DNA of 41,653 nucleotides from positions 1 to 41,653 of the IMG/VR virus record IMGVR_UViG_3300034349_000003, one strand, 5' to 3'. The notes below the pieces were generated by a model that made no database searches, was not told the DNA's origin, and was given only the letters and a program-made list of their open reading frames with translations. Shown here piece by piece: positions 7,081-14,054 of this stretch (position 1 is its first letter; each line of letters starts with the position of its first letter). The DNA comes from a virus (Duplodnaviria; Caudoviricetes). Made by a program: the position numbers and the translations under genes.

Positions 7081-7530
7081 CACAGATTCAACGCTCTTTA
7101 GTGTCAAACGGTAAGTTTCAGCCGGGTAGTACGGAAAGCGTCTTGTCTTCGGATCGGTAGCTGACTGGAATCTAAGGAACGACGGGAGTAGCGGTGAACT
7201 ACTCAGAGGCGCCTAAGAGATACGCCTCAGGTCATTACCCGCAGATGCGGTTGGCCGAATCCTTGCTTAGCGGCGGGTATATCACGAGACTCGAATGCAA
7301 CCGAGTTCCCATGGAAATAACTGGGGCGGGCGAAAGCTCAGAGCTGGATCGAAAGGTCTTCAGCAATACTGATGGATACTGCGACTGGACGAATGAACAA
7401 GTCTGGTAAGCAACGCTAGGTAACACCGACCGGCAAGGTACTGAGATACCATTGTGGGATTGCCCGAGAGGGACGGAGCACTAAGACTAGCCAAGCTTGA
7501 ACCTGAACAGCGCAGTATCAGGGACCGACC
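7081..7530 (+). ncRNA. Candidate large structured non-coding RNA
   Basis: More than a dozen compatible helices, GAAA/GAGA/UUCG tetraloops, G-U pairs and a 9-bp long-range helix (7375-7383 with 7511-7519). No convincing ORF. Confidence 0.6.
7092..7100 (+). promoter_or_regulatory. boxA antitermination element
   Basis: CGCTCTTTA matches the lambdoid/rrn boxA consensus and lies just downstream of P4. Confidence 0.65.
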
Positions 7531-7532
7531 AA

Positions 7533-7629
7533 TACCACGGTGGTTCCTTGAATCATCTGATGATCCGAATGACTGGACGCTCTGTTGCGCAGGTTACTAG
7601 GCCAGATGATTCAAGAAACTACCGAGGTG
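7533..7629 (+). promoter_or_regulatory. Long stem-loop, probable RNase III processing site
   Basis: CGGTGGTT-C-CTTGAATCATCTG (7538-7559) pairs with CAGATGATTCAAG-A-AACTACCG (7603-7624); lies before the first gene, like T7 R0.3. Confidence 0.65.
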
Positions 7630-7635
7630 CATAAC

Positions 7636-8016
7636 ATGGCTAGACATAGCTCTGTATCACGAGCTGATCGTAAGGCTCAGCGAGCAGCTAAGCAGTTAGA
7701 GACTGAGCTGCAAAAGATCCCGGCTGTTAAGTCGGATCGTTGGCAGACTGGCGATAAGCTGTTAGCTCGTGCTCAACAACACTTCAAGCTGGTGGCTACG
7801 CTGCAAGCTGAGAACACAGTAACGTCGAGACGCAAGCTACGTGAACTGCGCGACGTGATGTACGATACTGATCCTGAGCCAACCTGTAAGGGAGCATGGG
7901 ACGACGACGCTAAGAAAGGCTTGCCTAACAAGCGGGCTGTGATTGGCCGGGATGGTAAGCACCAACGCATCATGAAAGGGCAGACTGCCCGCAACAACCA
8001 AGCCAAGGGACTGTGA
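7636..8016 (+). CDS. First early protein, basic, hypothetical
   Basis: GAGGT RBS before ATG 7636 (MARHSS...); K/R-rich. Confidence 0.75.
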   Translation: MARHSSVSRADRKAQRAAKQLETELQKIPAVKSDRWQTGDKLLARAQQHFKLVATLQAENTVTSRRKLRELRDVMYDTDPEPTCKGAWDDDAKKGLPNKRAVIGRDGKHQRIMKGQTARNNQAKGL

Positions 8017-8062
8017 GCAACCCGCTCACTCCCGACCTAACTTCATACAAGGGACACAAGAC

Positions 8063-8608
8063 ATGACTTCCACTACTAAAGCTATCACTCTGCTGGTCGG
8101 CGACGCTGCAATCTCCAAGGCAATCGTAAGCATTCAGAAACGTGGCGCAGCACTGGACGCCTCTATCCAACTGGCCGGCGTGTCGATCCTCGATCACATT
8201 GACAAACACCACAACGTCACGCTGCTGGCTGACTTGTTCGCAGCACTGCCGAAGGGCGCACGCAAGAATGCCTTTGCTGAGTGGGCCATGGCATGCGGCA
8301 AGGTGATCCTCAACGAAGGCGCAGACCGTAAGTCCAAGCCCTTCCTGTACGCTGACAAGAAGACCACGTCCTTGGCGATGGCATGGGAAAAGCCTTGGTA
8401 CGACTACAAGCCTGAAGCTGACCTGCTGACTTCGTTCGACGTGCAAGCTGCTGTCGCCAAGATCCTGAAGCAAGTCACCGCTGCACGTAAGGCCAACCCT
8501 GACGTGGTTATCAAGGGCGCTGAGCTGCTGGACGGCCTGACTACCATGTCCAAGCAAGCGGTGGCTCTGCTGGACGACGATGCCAAGCTGGCCCTGCCGT
8601 TGGTATGA
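8063..8608 (+). CDS. Early hypothetical protein (helical)
   Basis: AAGGGA RBS, strong codon bias, 181 aa. Confidence 0.85.
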   Translation: MTSTTKAITLLVGDAAISKAIVSIQKRGAALDASIQLAGVSILDHIDKHHNVTLLADLFAALPKGARKNAFAEWAMACGKVILNEGADRKSKPFLYADKKTTSLAMAWEKPWYDYKPEADLLTSFDVQAAVAKILKQVTAARKANPDVVIKGAELLDGLTTMSKQAVALLDDDAKLALPLV

Positions 8609-8685
8609 CCGGGCTGCTAACTCGTCCCATCCTCGCTTACACGGGCTGCCTCGCGGCCCTTCTGATTCTCTGGAGTCTGTCATGA
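8605..8685 (+). CDS. 26-aa hydrophobic micro-protein
   Basis: MTGLLTRPILAYTGCLAALLILWSLS; ATGA overlaps with both neighbouring genes. Confidence 0.6.
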   Translation: MTGLLTRPILAYTGCLAALLILWSLS

Positions 8686-9029
8686 TTCACAAGATGGATA
8701 CAGCTACGCTGCAAGACCAACTGGCCCAACTGTGGAAGGCTAAGACTCGAAACGCTTCACACGGTGACTTGTCCTACGGGATCTGTGCCCGCTGCCCACT
8801 GGCCGTGCGCCGGCTGATGTTCAACTGGCCGGAGAGTACCGGTAATGAGGGCTATCCTGTACCGGCGCCTAGCAATATAGGCCCTCGCCGTACGTTTTGG
8901 GGTACACCTGAGGAACAGGCTTACTGGACCTTGGATCGTTGGGCTGGTGAATACGGCGGCTCTCGTATCCGCCTGCTGAATTACATGATCCGCCGAATCG
9001 AACGGGAACTGGCGAAGCGCGCAGCGTAA
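8682..9029 (+). CDS. Early hypothetical protein
   Basis: GGAG RBS before ATG 8682. Confidence 0.75.
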   Translation: MIHKMDTATLQDQLAQLWKAKTRNASHGDLSYGICARCPLAVRRLMFNWPESTGNEGYPVPAPSNIGPRRTFWGTPEEQAYWTLDRWAGEYGGSRIRLLNYMIRRIERELAKRAA

Positions 9030-9068
9030 CGCAGGCACTCCCGACGCAATTATCCATAGGAGACTGGC

Positions 9069-9392
9069 ATGCCAGAAGTCCAAGTAGTACCAGACAACGT
9101 AACACCTCCGAAGTACAAAGCGGGCGACCTTGTCCGCGTGTTCCGTGATCCCCTGCAACACGGTGTGAAGTTCGGCGCAGTAATGCGTGTGGTACGTAGC
9201 GGTCTGCTGCCTCACGAGAACTGGGCGGAAGAGGTAGAGCTGGTGCCTGTGTTGCACCGGGACTGCCCGCTGGGCGAGGGTCCAGTAGAAGCGGGCTGGT
9301 ACGAGTTCGGCCAGTCCGTCGATGTGCGCTACGTCAAACAAGCCAAACAAGCCATGCGTGCCGAATCGGCTTACGCCAACAAACGAGGGTAA
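9069..9392 (+). CDS. Early hypothetical protein (KYKAGDLVRV, SH3-like start)
   Basis: AGGAG RBS; 107 aa. Confidence 0.75.
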   Translation: MPEVQVVPDNVTPPKYKAGDLVRVFRDPLQHGVKFGAVMRVVRSGLLPHENWAEEVELVPVLHRDCPLGEGPVEAGWYEFGQSVDVRYVKQAKQAMRAESAYANKRG

Positions 9393-9396
9393 CACC

Positions 9397-9600
9397 ATGA
9401 ACAAGTATCTGATTGTAGGACCGCTGTTGATCGCCATAGGTCTAGCTACCGTGCTCTTGAGCGGCTGCTCAGTCAACGTAATCGTCGCTCCGCATGCTAC
9501 CCTAGCGGTGGAGTCCGGGAACGTCCGTAACGACGCTATGGAGCGTCAGTGCGAGGCTACTCCTGATCTCCTGATCTGTAACTGGCAGCCTGTACAGTGA
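9397..9600 (+). CDS. Small predicted lipoprotein
   Basis: GAGG RBS; MNK, a hydrophobic stretch, then lipobox LSGC. Confidence 0.7.
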   Translation: MNKYLIVGPLLIAIGLATVLLSGCSVNVIVAPHATLAVESGNVRNDAMERQCEATPDLLICNWQPVQ

Positions 9601-9815
9601 AACGTCTGCTGCGATTCCGGCGCACACTTGGCTGGTCCCGCTGTACCTACCCTGACGTGTCTGGTCAGACGATGTACCGCACTGTTGGCCTGCTGTGGAA
9701 CTGGCGGGCCTGCTGGGTAGGCTGGCACTATAGCGCACGGGACAAACGCCTGTGCATCAACCTCGTGCCCTTCCTGACGGTATGGCACACCGCACCAACT
9801 GGCAACATGCCATGA
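9597..9815 (+). CDS. Early hypothetical protein (Trp-rich)
   Basis: GTGA and ATGA overlaps with its neighbours; 72 aa. Confidence 0.6.
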   Translation: MKRLLRFRRTLGWSRCTYPDVSGQTMYRTVGLLWNWRACWVGWHYSARDKRLCINLVPFLTVWHTAPTGNMP

Positions 9816-9892
9816 ACACACGCTGGCTGTACTCCTTGCTCGGCGTGATCCTCGTGCTGGTCCTTGCGGTACTGGCCAGCGCCCCACACTGA
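9812..9892 (+). CDS. 26-aa single-TM micro-protein
   Basis: MNTRWLYSLLGVILVLVLAVLASAPH; ATGA overlap with the upstream gene. Confidence 0.6.
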   Translation: MNTRWLYSLLGVILVLVLAVLASAPH

Positions 9893-9950
9893 AACGCCGT
9901 CACTCACGGCCCAACGGAGCACACGACATGCGAAGGTAAACTTTAACTCA

Positions 9951-10021
9951 GGATAATGCAGATGGATGCCGCCTAGCGTCACAAGCTGGCTCGACTAGGC
10001 GGGCATCAGTGTGTATTAACC
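9951..10021 (+). promoter_or_regulatory. Long imperfect stem-loop, possible RNase III site
   Basis: GATGCCGCCTAG pairs with CTAGGCGGGCATC; outer TAATGCA pairs with TGTATTA. Intergenic, just before an RBS. Confidence 0.55.
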
Positions 10022-10043
10022 AACAACCGAAAGAGGAACTATC

Positions 10044-10529
10044 ATGGCCGTTATCGTAGCCGTTGACTCCAAACGCTGGTACTGGGCGCTCACTACTGCC
10101 CGCTCTGTATCCAGTGACGTAGCACGAGGCACCTCGCCTGCTGGTTTGATCTGCACCAAAGCTGCTAACGAATTCTGGAGGACTTACCGTGCCCCACGTA
10201 TCGAACATCCCGCGCTCAAATCTCAGAACCACGATGAAGCGGTCGCAGCGTTTCACAAGCGGACTTTCCATCTGGCAATTGCCGAAGGACAGCGCGTGGT
10301 TGGAGGCTACGCCGTTATTAACGGAGAGCTATGTGGACTCTGGACTTCCTTGCCCGGACGTGGTATCGGACGTTGGCTGCTCGCTGACGCCATCCGGGCG
10401 GGCGCAGACCGACTCGACTGCTATGAAGGGACTGTGGGATTCTATGCGAAAGCTGGTTTCCGAACTACCATCGTTGAGCCGAACCGTGTCGCCGGTGGCG
10501 AAGCCGTTCACTTCATGCGCCGAGGGTAG
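10044..10529 (+). CDS. GNAT-family acetyltransferase
   Basis: Acetyl-CoA motif A GRGIGRWLL and motif B GFYAKAGF; GAGGA RBS. Confidence 0.8.
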   Translation: MAVIVAVDSKRWYWALTTARSVSSDVARGTSPAGLICTKAANEFWRTYRAPRIEHPALKSQNHDEAVAAFHKRTFHLAIAEGQRVVGGYAVINGELCGLWTSLPGRGIGRWLLADAIRAGADRLDCYEGTVGFYAKAGFRTTIVEPNRVAGGEAVHFMRRG

Positions 10530-10533
10530 GGTG

Positions 10534-11007
10534 ATGCAGGTACTACGTCTGGAGTTTCCTGATACTGGGCTAGGCCCGTACACTTTCCTGCACCACATGG
10601 GCGGGGTTGACAGAGACGTGATTGAGCGCACTCCGCGTATCAACTGCGGCTATGGCCCAATGCCCGGTTTCCGTGACGAGCAGATCGTGCCGCGTCACTA
10701 CAAGTTCGGCTTCGTAAACGCCGAGCAGGCTAATCTCTGGTGGGATCGTACTGCCCGCCAGTCTGCTGCACAGAACGGCTTTAAGCTTTCTGTCTACGAG
10801 GTGCCACAAGGCGCCGTGATGGCAGACGATGCGCAGTGCGTATTCGATCCGCGTGTTGCTAAACTGATCGCTCACATCGACCCGCGTGAATGGGTGGAGG
10901 GTGATCTAAACTATCTCCTTCAGTCCAAGGTATACAACGATGCTAACTCACAACGGCGGTCGATGCGCGACCAGCTCGAAACTCTGTGTCCACAGTACCA
11001 CCCGTGA
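10534..11007 (+). CDS. Hypothetical protein (possible ADP-ribosyltransferase-like fold)
   Basis: MQVLRLE..GLGPY...FGF...QCVF pattern; the fold call is inference only. Confidence 0.65.
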   Translation: MQVLRLEFPDTGLGPYTFLHHMGGVDRDVIERTPRINCGYGPMPGFRDEQIVPRHYKFGFVNAEQANLWWDRTARQSAAQNGFKLSVYEVPQGAVMADDAQCVFDPRVAKLIAHIDPREWVEGDLNYLLQSKVYNDANSQRRSMRDQLETLCPQYHP

Positions 11008-11149
11008 CGTACGGGTTATGATCCTTGCTCGTGAAGAGAAGGACAAAGAACGCCGCAAGGCATACCGCAAGCGCCCTGCTGCCCGTATAGGTAGCAAGGG
11101 TGACACCTTCAAGGAGTATCAACCGTGCTTGACCAGCCGAACTTTGTAA
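10940..11149 (+). CDS. Small basic hypothetical protein
   Basis: AAGG RBS; fills the gap between neighbours; K/R-rich. Confidence 0.5.
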   Translation: MLTHNGGRCATSSKLCVHSTTRDVRVMILAREEKDKERRKAYRKRPAARIGSKGDTFKEYQPCLTSRTL

Positions 11150-11421
11150 CGCCAGAGCAGGAGATCAACTGGCTCAGGCAAGAGCAGGAAGCAGACGACG
11201 CCGAAGGCTTCCAAGCTACCAGCTTTGCCGACGCCCTGCTGTTTCCTCCTGAGCATGTCGGTGTTCACTTCGCCGACGACCGCCCCGAGGCTGCACGCAT
11301 CCTTGATGCTGAAGGCTTCGACCACACTACCGGGTGCGACACAGCATTCGATTCTTCCCACGCTGGCGCCATGTTGTGCGCTGGATTTGCCTTGATGGAG
11401 CATGACGATGTCGATTCCTAA
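11125..11421 (+). CDS. Very acidic small protein
   Basis: AAGGAG RBS with GTG start; 22 D/E versus 3 R and 0 K in 98 aa. Confidence 0.75.
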   Translation: MLDQPNFVTPEQEINWLRQEQEADDAEGFQATSFADALLFPPEHVGVHFADDRPEAARILDAEGFDHTTGCDTAFDSSHAGAMLCAGFALMEHDDVDS

Positions 11422-12367
11422 GTGTGCGCAGAAGCTGACCGCAATCGTTGTAGTCAATGCCGGCGGCGACAGCGAGCCTAACTGGGTGACTGGTGTTATC
11501 GAAGGGATCAGTCGCCGCCCTAACGGCAGCTTTGGCGACTTGATGCATGTGGACACCCGCCCGCATCCTACCCGCCAGATCAATCGCTACGCTGATGCAG
11601 GGCGTATCCTGCTGGCTAGCGAGGAAGAGTGCAAAGCATTCGCCATTGCCCGTACATCGGCTGGCCTAATTGGCCAAGTCCGGGAGTTCCGTAAAACAGC
11701 CTCACTCACGACCCAAACATCCGCAGGAGACACGAGCATGTCCGAAGTACAGAGCAATGCACACGAGCAAGTACAGACTGTTACCATCCGCGTCGGCAAG
11801 GCCGGCCCGCACACCACACTGAAGCAGGTGCAGCTCGACGCCCTGTTCACTCACCCGCAGGTGGTGGAGACTGTCAACGGTCTGTTCAAGGAAGGCGCTG
11901 ATGCGCTGGTCGCTAACCATCAGGCGCTGGAGTTCAAGGCCAAGGCGCTGGAGCGTGCGAACGCATCGCTGGCTGAAGACCTGCAACTCAACCGCACCAG
12001 CCTCAAGAGCTGCGATACTGAGCGCCGTGCGTTGTTGCAGTCGGATCATCAGAAGACCGGCGAGATCGCCAGACTGAAGGAAGACCTTCGCGTTGCCAAC
12101 CAAAAGGTAAGCTTCCGTGATGCGTCGGCCAAGGTGCGCGAGACTGAGGCGCAGGTTCTGGCCAAGGCTGGCAAGGAACGCGGCTTTGTCCTGTGGTGCC
12201 CTACCGCCAGCCAGCCGCCACGCCAGATCTACCCGACCTACGAGAAGGCTGTCGCTGTGCAGGAATACATGGCTAATACCTGCTTGGGTCAGGTGTTCCA
12301 CGTCCTGCCAATCGGCCACGGCCTGCAACTCGTGAAGCCAGTGCAGGCTAAGCGTGTCGTCTGCTGA
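11408..12367 (+). CDS. Hypothetical coiled-coil protein (second in-frame start at 11738)
   Basis: GGAG RBS before 11408 and AGGAGA before 11738; heptad-rich middle region. Confidence 0.7.
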   Translation: MSIPKCAQKLTAIVVVNAGGDSEPNWVTGVIEGISRRPNGSFGDLMHVDTRPHPTRQINRYADAGRILLASEEECKAFAIARTSAGLIGQVREFRKTASLTTQTSAGDTSMSEVQSNAHEQVQTVTIRVGKAGPHTTLKQVQLDALFTHPQVVETVNGLFKEGADALVANHQALEFKAKALERANASLAEDLQLNRTSLKSCDTERRALLQSDHQKTGEIARLKEDLRVANQKVSFRDASAKVRETEAQVLAKAGKERGFVLWCPTASQPPRQIYPTYEKAVAVQEYMANTCLGQVFHVLPIGHGLQLVKPVQAKRVVC

Positions 12368-12440
12368 CATCATGATCGTAGACGAGTTCTACGATTTCAC
12401 TCCGCTTGAAAACCGCGTACTACTTTCTGGAGCCATACCC

Positions 12441-12743
12441 ATGACCGACTTCAACGCTAAAGCAATCCAATCCGTACCGCGTGCCGACATCATCGCCCGC
12501 TCTGTGATCGGTGACAAGACGCTGGCCCTGCTGTCCCGTGCCGAGGGCTTGAACCTCCTGCAATTCGCTGACTTCGAGCGCCGTACTCACGGTGTCCTCC
12601 CGCTGGATGCTGACAACGATGTTCGCAATGCCTTGCAGCAGGGCTACGGTGTTGACCGAATCGAAACCCTGCCTGATGGCACTGGCCGTGCTCATGTGAG
12701 CAAGGTCGTTGGCCTGAACTACCCTGTACCTGCTGGCCAGTAA
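12441..12743 (+). CDS. Hypothetical protein
   Basis: GGAG RBS before ATG 12441; an upstream start at 12372 is also possible. Confidence 0.7.
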   Translation: MTDFNAKAIQSVPRADIIARSVIGDKTLALLSRAEGLNLLQFADFERRTHGVLPLDADNDVRNALQQGYGVDRIETLPDGTGRAHVSKVVGLNYPVPAGQ

Positions 12744-12744
12744 A

Positions 12745-12780
12745 CTCTGGGTGCGCCTTGCTTGCAGGGCGTAGCCGGGG
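12745..12780 (+). promoter_or_regulatory. Intergenic hairpin with G(CUUG)C tetraloop
   Basis: CTCTGG-G-TGCGCCTTG-CTTG-CAGGGCGTA-G-CCGGGG; processing site or terminator. Confidence 0.5.
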
Positions 12781-12821
12781 CATCCTGCCCTTCCTGCTTT
12801 CTCTTACCAAGAGGCTACACA

Positions 12822-13343
12822 ATGACTACTCGTACCGTGCTGATCGCTACTGACGCAACCGAAGTTAAACTGGTTGCAGCATTCAACGCACTCGTTGAAA
12901 AGCTGACCTCCGCTGCCCTGAAGATCGACACCTACGTCGCCGAGCGCACCGCACTGGAGCTGGCAAGCAACATCGAAGTCGGCCAAGAAGTATCGTTCCT
13001 GTTCGGTCGCGGTGAATCCCGTGTGACTGAAACCGGCTCCGTCGCTGTCGTGGTTGATACCCCTGCTGGCAAGCTGCTGAAGGTCATCGTTGACAGCGGC
13101 CTCGCCACCATGCGTGTGCGTGACGTTCGCCTGAAGGATGCCACTGTCGTTGGCGCTGATCCTACCCCGGAGCAGCAGGGTGACGCAGCACTGGCAACCG
13201 GCAACGAGATCCCGTTCGAAGGCGGCGTGAAACAAACCCCTGAGCAGATCGCTGAAGCCGCGCAGCAAGCCGCTGTCGATGCAGTAGCTGGTGCCTCGGG
13301 CGCTGGCGAGGTTGACGTTGACGCGCTGATCGCCGGTCTGTAA
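12822..13343 (+). CDS. Hypothetical protein, possibly nucleic-acid binding, with acidic tail
   Basis: GAGG RBS; helix plus beta-barrel-like core (VGQEVSFLFGRG) and an acidic C-tail. Confidence 0.8.
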   Translation: MTTRTVLIATDATEVKLVAAFNALVEKLTSAALKIDTYVAERTALELASNIEVGQEVSFLFGRGESRVTETGSVAVVVDTPAGKLLKVIVDSGLATMRVRDVRLKDATVVGADPTPEQQGDAALATGNEIPFEGGVKQTPEQIAEAAQQAAVDAVAGASGAGEVDVDALIAGL

Positions 13344-13345
13344 TC

Positions 13346-14053
13346 ATGGGCCTGCTCATAGACCAGAAGCTGGCGTGTCCGCACGCTAGCCAGCTCCACC
13401 CTGCGTTGGTGGACTACGTGTCTGTGTTGCAGCGCCTTGCTAAATCTCAGCACGAGCTACAGGGTGTGCGCCACCTGTACTCGGCGCTGGGTTGGGCTCA
13501 GGACAGTGAGGGTATCCAAGCCCTCGACCTGTTCACCAAGCATGGCCCCGGCATCTACAGCTTCCCATTCCTTCACCCGGACTACTGTGCCGCGTTGGTG
13601 CAGCAAGCCGACAGCATGGAGTTCCACTGCAATGACGAAGAAACTCCCGAGACTCAGATACCTGAGATCTTCCTGCGCCAGCGGTTGCCCGCCCTTTACT
13701 GCGGCTTACGAACGCTGTTCGAACACGTTGTTGTGCCATCGGCAGAGCTTGTCTACAGGCTTACGCCGAGCGTCCTTGAGTCGGTACAGTTCGCTCGATA
13801 CACTCCGAGCAACACGGCAAAGGGTCATTGGCATACAGATGAAGACTCCGACGTTACAGTCGTGGTCGCTCTCTCTGACACCCACGAAGGTGGCGGCACC
13901 ACTGCACTCCCGCCCGGCTTAGGTCGGCATGCGTATGTGCCTAGCTTACCAGTTGGGCACGCAATGTTCTTCCTTGGACGCACGACGACGCATCGCGGCG
14001 AGCGTGTGGAATCGGGTGAACGAAACCTGCTAGTGTTCTGGAGCAAGGTGTAA
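13346..14053 (+). CDS. 2OG-Fe(II) dioxygenase (prolyl/lysyl hydroxylase-like)
   Basis: H-x-D (HTD), distal H in HRG, 2OG-binding R in GERNLLVFW, and EGGGT motif. Confidence 0.88.
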   Translation: MGLLIDQKLACPHASQLHPALVDYVSVLQRLAKSQHELQGVRHLYSALGWAQDSEGIQALDLFTKHGPGIYSFPFLHPDYCAALVQQADSMEFHCNDEETPETQIPEIFLRQRLPALYCGLRTLFEHVVVPSAELVYRLTPSVLESVQFARYTPSNTAKGHWHTDEDSDVTVVVALSDTHEGGGTTALPPGLGRHAYVPSLPVGHAMFFLGRTTTHRGERVESGERNLLVFWSKV

Positions 14054-14054
14054 C

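Noticed and set aside
7194-7409. 71-aa ORF inside the structured region
   Set aside because: GTG start whose putative SD is buried in a hairpin, atypical codons, and no coupling to neighbouring genes; not formally excluded.
7081-7530. Group I intron, RNase P, tmRNA or tRNA identity for the structured region
   Set aside because: GACTA at about 7485 has no downstream TAGTC partner for P7 and there is no interrupted gene. No GAGGAAAGTCC, tRNA-like ends or cloverleaf with a TTC loop were found.
7557-7620. Hammerhead ribozyme suggested by CTGATGA followed by a small stem
   Set aside because: The required GAAA after stem II is missing, and CTG is part of the long 7538-7624 helix.
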